Virus record (IMG/VR): IMGVR_UViG_3300032046_000001
Coordinates: 248,421-312,420 of that record
Reading direction: 5' to 3' (one strand)
DNA length: 64,000 nucleotides
Shown here: piece by piece, positions 18,729 through 27,883 of the stretch
How positions within the stretch are numbered: position 1 is the stretch's first letter
Layout: every line of letters starts with the position of its first letter
Program-made: the position numbers and the translations under genes
The notes under the pieces: model-generated
Database searches by the model: none
What the model was told of the DNA's origin: nothing
What the model saw: the letters and a program-made list of their open reading frames with translations, nothing else

Positions 18729-19322
18729 TCATGACTTTGAAAAATCTGGATTCTTACCTAAAAATAAAGACCTATTTAATGCGTTTGGATCAATACCAGC
18801 TTTTTGACACAAACCAATAATATATATAGGATCTATTGGTAATTTATATTCTTTTAATTTTCGTCGAACGTGTCGATCAATAGGAAATGCTGGTAATTTC
18901 AAATAATCTCTGATAAATAACCAAAGTACTTTAGTTCCTTTGGGATTTGCACCACATAAATTGAAAAATTCAACAATTGGTGTAGTCCATGAATATTTAC
19001 CTTTTTCAAGCCAAATATCACATAATGTTTTAAATTCAATTTGTTTTTTATTTAACGAAGTTATCATATTGAATAACATATCATTTTCCCATTTTAGTGG
19101 GTAGATATTTTCAAATTGACTTGGTAAAATATTTCCCAAATCTCTATTATTTAACCACTGAATAGCCCTGGTTTGAACTTTTTTTCTTCTTTCGACTTTC
19201 CAAGGACCAGCACCTATACAAATAAGAAATGCCTTATTTGATTCAGAACCTACCCATGTATGATCATAAGTAGGTTCTGATGAATACATTTTTTTTATTT
19301 TTTCGATATCTTCACTTGACAT
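18729..19322 (-). CDS. HhH-GPD DNA glycosylase-like protein
   Basis: G.KV..LF........FPIDRHVRR resembles the endonuclease III/OGG HhH-GPD signature. Confidence 0.6.
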   Translation of the reverse strand: MSSEDIEKIKKMYSSEPTYDHTWVGSESNKAFLICIGAGPWKVERRKKVQTRAIQWLNNRDLGNILPSQFENIYPLKWENDMLFNMITSLNKKQIEFKTLCDIWLEKGKYSWTTPIVEFFNLCGANPKGTKVLWLFIRDYLKLPAFPIDRHVRRKLKEYKLPIDPIYIIGLCQKAGIDPNALNRSLFLGKNPDFSKS

Positions 19323-19584
19323 GATAACCTCTATCTGATAGTTCCGTCATTGATTCAAAAAAATTATTATGATGAAATAAAATTTTTCTTCCATCACATT
19401 CAAATATTATCCAACCATTTCCTAAATTTTTTAATATTTTTGCCTCTGTTGGAATATCATACATGACAGAAAAACCACCTTCATGAACAACTTTTGATGG
19501 ATCTTGTTCATATGTTTTACAGGAAATAGTTCCTAATATAATAAAAATAATTAATAAAAATTTTTTAATATTTTTGATAGTCAT
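19312..19584 (-). CDS. Putative lipoprotein
   Basis: KKFLLIIFIILGTISC signal/lipobox. Confidence 0.65.
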   Translation of the reverse strand: MTIKNIKKFLLIIFIILGTISCKTYEQDPSKVVHEGGFSVMYDIPTEAKILKNLGNGWIIFECDGRKILFHHNNFFESMTELSDRGYHVK

Positions 19585-19723
19585 TTAGTGATGAAATTTT
19601 TCCAGTTTTCCAATCAAAAACTAAAGTATTTTCCATACGTTGACGTAGAAGTTTATCTATTTCTTCATTATGCGCCAGTTCATTTGCAAGTTTTTCCAAT
19701 TTTATTTTTTCATCTTCTGTCAT

Positions 19724-20035
19724 TTACCAAGCTCCCTCACTTTTATATCCAAGATCTTCTATTGAACTCAAATCAAAACCTCGTTCATCTTCGAACATCT
19801 GTTTTAACCTGATTCCCTTATTAATACCTTCTTGTCTCAAACATGCTGATAAATATAAAATATCTTCTCTTAAGTTTTTTAATCGTTGAATTCTGTCTTC
19901 GATTGCTCTATTTACACCTATTGTTTGTTTGTAAGATCTTTGGCTGTCTAAATTATCAATTTCAACTTTTATCAATCTTGCGATTTCAAATAACTCTTCA
20001 CCATCAAAAAATCGACCTATTATTTTATTATCCAT
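19724..20035 (-). CDS. Hypothetical protein
   Basis: ORF track, operon context. Confidence 0.6.
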   Translation of the reverse strand: MDNKIIGRFFDGEELFEIARLIKVEIDNLDSQRSYKQTIGVNRAIEDRIQRLKNLREDILYLSACLRQEGINKGIRLKQMFEDERGFDLSSIEDLGYKSEGAW

Positions 20036-20705
20036 TGAAATCTCGATTTATTAGATTAATCACACTATCTGTTCTAATAAAAAGAGCACCTGCTTTCATC
20101 ATCTCAAATAAGGCATTCTGTTTGCCTTCCTCAGTGATATGATATATACAATCATCAATTACCCATACTTTCTTTCCTCGTTTAAGAAGACCAAGTACAG
20201 CAGCTAAAACACAGTACTCAGTTGCAACACCATATACAAAGAAAGTATCAATATCGAGATATTTTAAACAAAAATCAATATTTTGATTACCACCTGGGTT
20301 CGTTTCATCCCAAAAAACATTATAGCTTTGTTTTTCAAAAGTAATTTGACATGCTGCATCTAAAAGAATTTTTAAAAGTTCTTCACTATACATATCTTCT
20401 GAATCAATATGTATTGAATACTCTGGTGTTGTTGATTCTTCAATTTTACTACAACCATTTGTATCATCTTCACAATGCATTGGAAATGGTCCACCATTTA
20501 CATCAAGTTCTATTTCCGCTTCTTTATGTGCGGTATCTCCAAAATGTCTATCACCACAACCAAGTATTTTAATATTATTTTCATAACCATATTTTGTTAA
20601 TTTAGAAATATTTGGAATAATTTTTTCAGAATCTTTTATATATAATTTACCATTCTTGGTCATAAAATCAACTAACGTATCTACATCAAAAAAAGCGCAT
20701 TTCAT
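20028..20705 (-). CDS. pncA: Nicotinamidase / isochorismatase-family hydrolase
   Basis: DVDTLVDF..GKL, D.H, FPMHC, FEKQSYNVF, YGVATEYCV (catalytic Cys). Confidence 0.9.
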   Translation of the reverse strand: MKCAFFDVDTLVDFMTKNGKLYIKDSEKIIPNISKLTKYGYENNIKILGCGDRHFGDTAHKEAEIELDVNGGPFPMHCEDDTNGCSKIEESTTPEYSIHIDSEDMYSEELLKILLDAACQITFEKQSYNVFWDETNPGGNQNIDFCLKYLDIDTFFVYGVATEYCVLAAVLGLLKRGKKVWVIDDCIYHITEEGKQNALFEMMKAGALFIRTDSVINLINRDFNG

Positions 20706-20980
20706 TTCTTTAGTTCCTCCAACTGTAATTTGATTCTTTCCCTGAGTTCACTTAAATATTCACCAGGATTCCAACCAAAACCTTCAGTGATAAAACTAAC
20801 ATCACTGTCACTCATTCCAATACCTTGGGGTCTGTGTAATATTTCAACTAATCTGGTATATTTAGATTTATTTTTCACAAATTTCTTAATCAATAAATCA
20901 ATATCATCATCGAGCAGGACTCGATCCCTAAGTCTCAGAATCAAGTCCTGCATCTTCTCGAATTTGTTTGTGGTTTTCAT
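20702..20980 (-). CDS. Hypothetical protein
   Basis: ORF track. Confidence 0.55.
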   Translation of the reverse strand: MKTTNKFEKMQDLILRLRDRVLLDDDIDLLIKKFVKNKSKYTRLVEILHRPQGIGMSDSDVSFITEGFGWNPGEYLSELRERIKLQLEELKK

Positions 20981-20987
20981 CCCATTC

Positions 20988-21170
20988 CTATGTTGTTAAT
21001 AAAATATCAATAATTTTATTATTGAGTTTTTTACTCCAGATTACATCAGCAATAAATTCATTATAAGTCCAGCCATTTTTTACCAATTCACTGTTAATTT
21101 CCTCATGATTCAAATTAGGTAACTTAGACTCCAGTAATTTCATCAATTCTTTAAAACCGATCTTCTCCAT
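20988..21170 (-). CDS. Hypothetical protein
   Basis: ORF track with AAAGGA SD. Confidence 0.5.
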   Translation of the reverse strand: MEKIGFKELMKLLESKLPNLNHEEINSELVKNGWTYNEFIADVIWSKKLNNKIIDILLTT

Positions 21171-21200
21171 TTTAACATCCTTTCCTGTAGGCGATTTAAT

Positions 21201-22382
21201 TTAGGCGATCATTTCTTCTGTTATATCATAGTCCTTTTCAGTGTCATCTCTTTCAACTTCAAATTGAAAATCAACCATTAAAGACTCAATAACAGATTTT
21301 AATCCTCTCGCTCCAATCCCCTTTCTGTCAGCGATTTCGGCAATTCTTCTTATAGCATTGTCAGTAAAATTTAAATTAATATTATCAATTTCTAATAATC
21401 TCTGATATTGTTTGATTATTGAATCAACTGGGTCTGTTAAAATACGAGCTAATTCATCAATGGATAATCTATTAAGTACCGACACTATTGGAATTCGGCC
21501 AACTAATTCAGGTATTAAACCATACTGAATAAGATCATCTTGTTCTAAATAATTTAATAAATCGATATCGCGTTCAGCTTTAGACATCTTTGTATTAAAA
21601 CCAATATTATTTTTACATAGACGAGCTGAAACAATATCAGAAAGACCATTAAAGGCACCACCAAATACAAATAATATATTTGATGTATCCATTAACAATC
21701 GATCTCCATGTGGGTGTTTTCTTGCACCTGTTGGTTGAATATTCATTACTGAACCTTCAATCATTTTTAACAAACCAAACTGAACACCTTCACCTGATAC
21801 GTCTCGTGTTATCGATGTACTTGCTGAACTCTTCTTGGCTTTTTTATCAATCTCATCAATAAAAATAATTCCCTTAGATGCTCGTTCAACATCAAAATCA
21901 CAAGCGAGTAATAACATTTGAATCATTGATTCAATATTATCACCCACATAACCTTCTTCGGTTAATGTTGTTGCATCAGCAATAATAAATGGAACTCTCA
22001 ATATTTTTGATAATGTCTGTGCAAAAAGTGTCTTTCCAGATCCAGATGGACCTATTAAAAGAATATTACTTTTTTGGACATTAAGGTTACATAGAATCTT
22101 TAACATATGATTATAGACACCAACAGAAATTATTTTTTTAGTTTTTTCTTGACCAATAATATATTGATCTAAAATAATTTTAATCTCTTTTGGTGTCATG
22201 ATTTTTTGTTTTTTAGGCTTTGAATTTTTAATTTGATCAACTTTAAGATCCGAATTAATATTTTCAGCCGTTAATGCCAATCTTGCTGTATCAATACAAG
22301 AATCACAGATACAAATATTCGGATCGCTCGATTCAATTATTAATTTATAATCTGTACTATGACAGAAGCTACATTCTCTCAT
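21201..22382 (-). CDS. clpX: ATP-dependent Clp protease ATP-binding subunit ClpX
   Basis: CSFC..ICDSC zinc finger, GPSGSGKT, GYVG, FIDEIDK, RDVSGEGVQ, IGF loop, GARGL. Confidence 0.96.
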   Translation of the reverse strand: MRECSFCHSTDYKLIIESSDPNICICDSCIDTARLALTAENINSDLKVDQIKNSKPKKQKIMTPKEIKIILDQYIIGQEKTKKIISVGVYNHMLKILCNLNVQKSNILLIGPSGSGKTLFAQTLSKILRVPFIIADATTLTEEGYVGDNIESMIQMLLLACDFDVERASKGIIFIDEIDKKAKKSSASTSITRDVSGEGVQFGLLKMIEGSVMNIQPTGARKHPHGDRLLMDTSNILFVFGGAFNGLSDIVSARLCKNNIGFNTKMSKAERDIDLLNYLEQDDLIQYGLIPELVGRIPIVSVLNRLSIDELARILTDPVDSIIKQYQRLLEIDNINLNFTDNAIRRIAEIADRKGIGARGLKSVIESLMVDFQFEVERDDTEKDYDITEEMIA

Positions 22383-23050
22383 TCTTCGTAATCATCCTCA
22401 ATTTCATCATATATCATATTTTCTTCTTCAAATAAATTATCACTAACAATACAATTTACTGGTGAAAGACAGTTTCTATCTCTCATTAATTCATATGGTC
22501 TTCCATTTGTTAAATATTGAAGATATCTACACCAAGTTTTATATTTATCCAATCCAAAAATTGAATTTGAATATTTCTTCTTAAACTCATCACTCACATC
22601 TCCAACACAACATGGCATTATAATTAGAAATGGTGATTTTGAATTTTTATATATTTCTATAATTCTAATTGCCAAATTCTTACAAGGATGTGATGCCATG
22701 ATTATCGTATTTTCGTCAATCAAGTCTATTATATCATCATCATAAATATTTTTTTCAATATACTCAAATCGTCTGATTCTCGCATATTTTCTTCTAACTA
22801 TACGTTTATCAATCGCAACAGCTTTTGACACGGGTAATGAAAAAAGAGAAAGTACGCTGGAAATTGGATTTCCAGCGCACAATTCTACAATGTTATATTT
22901 CATTGGATTATCTAAAGTAAGTTTTCGAATTTTTTCCCGTAAAGTCATCGCTTCAGATATCTCTTTACAATATCCACTACCAATAGGTGATAACAATCCT
23001 AATACATCAGAAGAACAACGTAACCTCAAAAACATTTCAACATATTTCAT
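22379..23050 (-). CDS. SAM-dependent methyltransferase-like protein
   Basis: IVELCAGN motif I, HPC..LA, MPCC. Confidence 0.65.
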   Translation of the reverse strand: MKYVEMFLRLRCSSDVLGLLSPIGSGYCKEISEAMTLREKIRKLTLDNPMKYNIVELCAGNPISSVLSLFSLPVSKAVAIDKRIVRRKYARIRRFEYIEKNIYDDDIIDLIDENTIIMASHPCKNLAIRIIEIYKNSKSPFLIIMPCCVGDVSDEFKKKYSNSIFGLDKYKTWCRYLQYLTNGRPYELMRDRNCLSPVNCIVSDNLFEEENMIYDEIEDDYEE

Positions 23051-23064
23051 TTTCTTTATTCTCC

Positions 23065-23640
23065 TTAATATATTTTCATCATACTCTTAATTATTTCACT
23101 GTCATTCTTACTGGAAACAATAGTTGAAATATCATTTGTTCCAAATTTTTTAATTCGAATTGCCCATTCATCGATATCTGAAAATATGTCTAAATATTTA
23201 TGAGTTTCATTAACTCTATCTTCAAGCGTTTGGTTTGGAATCTTATTTATATTTAAATAATCTATTAATAGACTGATTAAAAATTCAAAATTAAAATTTT
23301 GATTTTTTGATCTAACAATCAATTCATGATAAAAACCATCAGCATAAATCGACATTCCTCTATACATCTTAAATTCGTCATCGATATGAAAATTGAAAAA
23401 ACAATTGTGATAATTGTCTTTATACTTGTAACTGAAATTAATTTTCAAATAAAAATTTTTTAAATTTATTTTTTCAATTAGATCATCTGGAATAACAACA
23501 ACACTTAATATTTGTCTTAACTCATTAAGATCTACTTTAGTTTCACTTAAAAATGAAACCATTGCTATTGATCCATAATTGTGATGATTATCAATAAATA
23601 ATATAGACTGTTTAAATTGCTCAATTCCAAAATATGTCAT
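23065..23640 (-). CDS. Hypothetical protein coupled to rpoB
   Basis: ATG overlaps the rpoB stop. Confidence 0.65.
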   Translation of the reverse strand: MTYFGIEQFKQSILFIDNHHNYGSIAMVSFLSETKVDLNELRQILSVVVIPDDLIEKINLKNFYLKINFSYKYKDNYHNCFFNFHIDDEFKMYRGMSIYADGFYHELIVRSKNQNFNFEFLISLLIDYLNINKIPNQTLEDRVNETHKYLDIFSDIDEWAIRIKKFGTNDISTIVSSKNDSEIIKSMMKIY

Positions 23641-26600
23641 TAATCTCCTTTATCGATTCCGATAACTGTTAGATATGAATTTAATAATCGTACAGATTCA
23701 CTTATCATATCATTCTCTTTATAAATTTCATTCCGTAATTTATTTCCAGAATCGATTTGATCAAACATCCATTTATTCTTAGCCTCAATTGAATCAGACT
23801 TGGTTGTCATTGATTCATTCAAATTATGAACAGAATCATGAGCAATCATACAACTAACTTCCATTTCACCAAGTCTTTGACCACCATTATTTCTTTTACC
23901 ACCAGTTGGTTGTAGTGTTTTCTTAGTATATGTTCCAATTCCTCTCGCTGATAATTTATCTTCAGCTATATGAATCATTCGAAAGAAATACAAATACCCT
24001 ACAGCTAAATCATTTACAAGCGTATCACCGGCAACTGGATCATATATTGGATATTTAAATCGAGTGTTTGTATATTTCAACGCTTTTTTACATTGCTTTA
24101 TATTTATCGATTCAAATGGTGGTTGAATCAAAGAAAGATCATCAATAAATTTTTCATCAATCTTGACCATTTTTAATTGATTTTTAAACTGGTTAAAATA
24201 CCAGTTATCTTTTGTATTATCAATAATTTTAATATATTTTAATAAATATTTTTTAATGGTTGATTGTGATAAGATACCCTCCTTCAATTCTTGATATTTG
24301 AGTTTTTCTTCTTCAGATTCAAGTGAATCAATCATTTGTAATAATTCATTATCTTTTTTAATCAAACTTCGCATGTTATTTTTCAGATCCATTAATGACA
24401 TTGCCAAATGAAGTTCAAATAACTGTCCGATGTTCATTCGACTTATTATTCCTAATGGATTGATGATAATATCTAATGGTCTACCATCAGGTAATTTCGG
24501 CATATCTTCAGTTTTGACAATCTTTGAAATAACACCTTTATTGCCGTGTCTATTTCCTATTTTATCGCCAACTTCGATTTTCCGAATATAATATCCTGTT
24601 AGATGAACAAAAATACCATCAAACTTCTCACCTTTAATTTTATACTTACCCTCAGATAAAAAGTTGTTTAAATTATTTTTAGCGAATTTATTATATTCAC
24701 TTTTGGGTAAATATTTTCCCAAGATTTTACTTATTTTTTTCTCTTTTATTTTTTGATCAATAATTTTTTGTTCAATCCAATCTTGAAATTCTTGAGGTAC
24801 ATTCTTAGTTGGATAATCATTGACATAAATATTACTTTCGAGAATACACATCTTTTTGGGAGATATTAAATTTTCATCTTCTTCAAATAACACACTGAAG
24901 TCATTGTTTTGTTGTACTTTTCGTAACATTGCATATGGTTGACCAGTATTAATCCACTCCCCAGGTTCAGGTAATGGTTTATATTCCATAGTCCTCGCAC
25001 GTTCACCATATTCGTCATACTCTTCAGGTTGTGGCTTACATGTATTCAAATTTGAAAGTATTTTATTTGATGGGATAAAGAATGAGAGATCTCGATAATG
25101 AATAGAAGATAAGATTCGTTCATCGACTAATCTTTCGGATATCACTATACCATCTTCATAATTATAACCATAGTATATACCAATACCTGTTAATAAATTT
25201 CTACCAATACTAATATTACGATCCTTTGTAAATAATGATTCAACTAAAATATCACCTTGACGAAATCGTTCTCCCTCTTTGAAGTTCGTTTCCATCATGT
25301 CCATATTATCAGTATAAATTTTCTTGTAACCAGTTTGAATTAATTCGATTTCATCATCATCATACTTGACAATAATAAATCCCTCATCATCGTCATGATA
25401 TAATACAATTCCATCTTTTTTGGCCATCTTAAGAAAGTTTGTATATTGCGTATATAAACTCTCACATCCACTTTGAATCAATGGTTTTTCTGGTTTTCTT
25501 AAAAGGATAGCTTGTCTCATTTGAGACGAGGCCATTTGTAATCTTGTTTGGTCGTCATGCTCTAAAAAAGGCACCATAGCAACTGGAATTGATATGGGAC
25601 TTTTAGATTGAATCTCGCTTGTGAATTTCATATTATGATCTAATTTTGAAGTTGGTAGAATATTTCCGACAATTCCACAATTATCTCTATCTGGTGTATC
25701 AACAACACAAATTCGTCCGAACATTGAATCATTGATATCACGAATATTTTCTGGAACACTCTTTCTTTCGAAACCATTCGGACCCAATAATGATATTCTT
25801 GATAATTCAGTCAATGAATCAATAGGATTTATTGAAAAATCAAATTGAATAATTTCCGATACATTACAGTTCTGTAATATTTCGGATGAATTGATATTAA
25901 ATTTTGGTTTTGAATTTTTAGTTATAATACATAGATTGAATATTGCTTTTGCCACATAACTAAAAATTAAATATTCAAAACATCTAATTCGTTTATTTTC
26001 ATAATTTAAAAAATCAAAAGGTCCATTTTGTATAGCATCAATAAAATCTTCTATAACAGAACCAGTTTTAAGAAATCTGGCTGTTATAACATCAATTTTT
26101 GGTATAAGATCTAATCCATATAATATTTCTTCACCTTTAAGTTTGGCATTATACTTAGTAAAAGTTTCACCCAACATCTTGGTATATTCGTCTTTGGTCT
26201 TATTCATATTATAATATAAATAGACTTGTTTAATTAATCGATTATAAAATGTGTCTTCTAAACCTTCAACGTTTTCCTGACTTAAATTAAATCGTGAATT
26301 TAATACTTCTGGACCATAATAGGCCAATAATAATAATGCGAAAGGTAGTTTTTTATTAAGAAAGGTAAATATGATCGTTTTCTTTTCATAAAGTATTATA
26401 GTCTGGACATTTGATTTAAACTTAATTATAAAACTATCATCTGATTTTTTATTCAATTTTGTTATTATTGGAAAATCGGTAATTTGAAAATGAGGAATCT
26501 TTCTTTTACCATTGATAAAAATATAATTATCGTCAATGAGTTCTGGAATGTTAATACTTAGATCAACTTTTGCCTCATCTTTTGATAAGATAATATTTAA

Positions 26601-26801
26601 ATTTTTCTTAAACGTTTTCTGTAACTCTTCCCCTTGAGATCGACAATCGTTTATTTCAAACTTCTCAATTTTATATCCAATTTCTTTGACTGGTTGTAAT
26701 GCCTCAAATATTTGTCCTTCAAGTTTTTCATATTCACGTTTTCTTAAAGTAAAAATATTATCAACATCATCAATTTTTAGATTCGGATTTTCTATAATCA
26801 T
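23640..26801 (-). CDS. rpoB: DNA-directed RNA polymerase subunit beta (phage-encoded)
   Basis: GRICVVDTPD..NCG, PFLEHDD..R..M.S.QMRQA, GYNYEDG, GDKIGNRHGNKGV, PLGIISRMNIGQL, GGQRLGEME. Confidence 0.96.
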   Translation of the reverse strand: MIIENPNLKIDDVDNIFTLRKREYEKLEGQIFEALQPVKEIGYKIEKFEINDCRSQGEELQKTFKKNLNIILSKDEAKVDLSINIPELIDDNYIFINGKRKIPHFQITDFPIITKLNKKSDDSFIIKFKSNVQTIILYEKKTIIFTFLNKKLPFALLLLAYYGPEVLNSRFNLSQENVEGLEDTFYNRLIKQVYLYYNMNKTKDEYTKMLGETFTKYNAKLKGEEILYGLDLIPKIDVITARFLKTGSVIEDFIDAIQNGPFDFLNYENKRIRCFEYLIFSYVAKAIFNLCIITKNSKPKFNINSSEILQNCNVSEIIQFDFSINPIDSLTELSRISLLGPNGFERKSVPENIRDINDSMFGRICVVDTPDRDNCGIVGNILPTSKLDHNMKFTSEIQSKSPISIPVAMVPFLEHDDQTRLQMASSQMRQAILLRKPEKPLIQSGCESLYTQYTNFLKMAKKDGIVLYHDDDEGFIIVKYDDDEIELIQTGYKKIYTDNMDMMETNFKEGERFRQGDILVESLFTKDRNISIGRNLLTGIGIYYGYNYEDGIVISERLVDERILSSIHYRDLSFFIPSNKILSNLNTCKPQPEEYDEYGERARTMEYKPLPEPGEWINTGQPYAMLRKVQQNNDFSVLFEEDENLISPKKMCILESNIYVNDYPTKNVPQEFQDWIEQKIIDQKIKEKKISKILGKYLPKSEYNKFAKNNLNNFLSEGKYKIKGEKFDGIFVHLTGYYIRKIEVGDKIGNRHGNKGVISKIVKTEDMPKLPDGRPLDIIINPLGIISRMNIGQLFELHLAMSLMDLKNNMRSLIKKDNELLQMIDSLESEEEKLKYQELKEGILSQSTIKKYLLKYIKIIDNTKDNWYFNQFKNQLKMVKIDEKFIDDLSLIQPPFESINIKQCKKALKYTNTRFKYPIYDPVAGDTLVNDLAVGYLYFFRMIHIAEDKLSARGIGTYTKKTLQPTGGKRNNGGQRLGEMEVSCMIAHDSVHNLNESMTTKSDSIEAKNKWMFDQIDSGNKLRNEIYKENDMISESVRLLNSYLTVIGIDKGD

Positions 26802-27068
26802 TTGTCACTTTCATTTTGTTCTGATTTTTCGGATGAATTAAATATCAATATACTCTCCCAATTTATCCTGTCTTCTGTACAGAATTCTTCGTCGAACTTT
26901 GATGAGAAATTATCAATTATATTATTATATGCGATATTGAATTCATTATTTTTTCTTTTTTAAAACATCTTTTAATTTCAGATTTTTTAAATTATCTAAT
27001 TTATTAATGTGATAATAGACTATATTATTATTAATATAGTCTTCAATTTGTCTTGTTAATTCATTCAT
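26798..27068 (-). pseudogene. Internally deleted PmeII/EcoO109I-family type II restriction endonuclease remnant
   Basis: MNELTRQIEDYINNNIVYYHINKLDNLKNLKLKDVLK(R/K)KN joined directly to EFNIAYNNIIDNFSSKFDEEFCTEDRINWESILIFNSSEK; both ends match my recollection of the family termini, the catalytic middle is absent, and there is one extra A in the poly-A at ~26950-26961. Confidence 0.65.
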
Positions 27069-27867
27069 ATAATAACTTTAAAATAATCATCAACTGTTTT
27101 AAAATATTCGTGATTGAGTTCTATTCCGATTCCATGACGATTTAACTTCGCAGCAACTTTTAACGTTGTACCACTTCCCATAAACGGATCTAAAATATTA
27201 TCATTGGGTTGTGTAAAAAGTTTTATAAACCATTCAGGAATCCATATTGGAAACACAGCACTATGATTTTTATTATTACATTCAGTAGCACCATATAAGA
27301 CATTAGTTGGATAAACCATATCTCTTTTGATCCAATTAGAGACGTTTTTTCCAAAACCACTTCCAACTTTCGATTGATCTCTAATTTTATCCGTTTCACT
27401 TAAATTTTTTAATCTTGATTGTGACCAATCACCAATTGGAATCATTACATTATCTTGAAACATGTTGAATTTTTTATCTTTATTGAATTGATAAAGATGT
27501 TCCCATGAATCACGAAATCTATTTGGCCATTTTCCAGGAAAACAGTTCTTTTTATGCCAGATGAATTCCTCAGTCCATAACCATCCCTGTTTTCTCATAG
27601 CCAAAACAAGTTCTATTACATATGTATGTCTTTCTCCTCCAACTGCACACTCTTTTATATTTAAAATAAACGTACCTGTCGGTTTCAAGACTCTTAAAAG
27701 TTCTTGTGATATTGGAATAAACCATTCTATATATTTATCTGGATGTACACCACCGTATGTATTTTTCTCTGATTCGCATATGGTGGAGATGTTAATATTA
27801 AGTCTATTGAATTACTATCTATTTCTTTTAATTTATCTGAACAATCACCAAGTAATAAACGTATCAA
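27065..27867 (-). CDS. N4-C/N6-A DNA methyltransferase, broken by a 1-nt frameshift at the T5 run 27762-27766
   Basis: TTG start with GAGGTG SD; LGDC...IDLILTSPPY, then -1 frame YGG..PDKY.EWF..LRVLKPTG...IWHK...HSAVFP...ILDPFMGSGTT; length 803 = 3n+2. Confidence 0.85.
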
Positions 27868-27883
27868 AACTTTTACACCTCAA

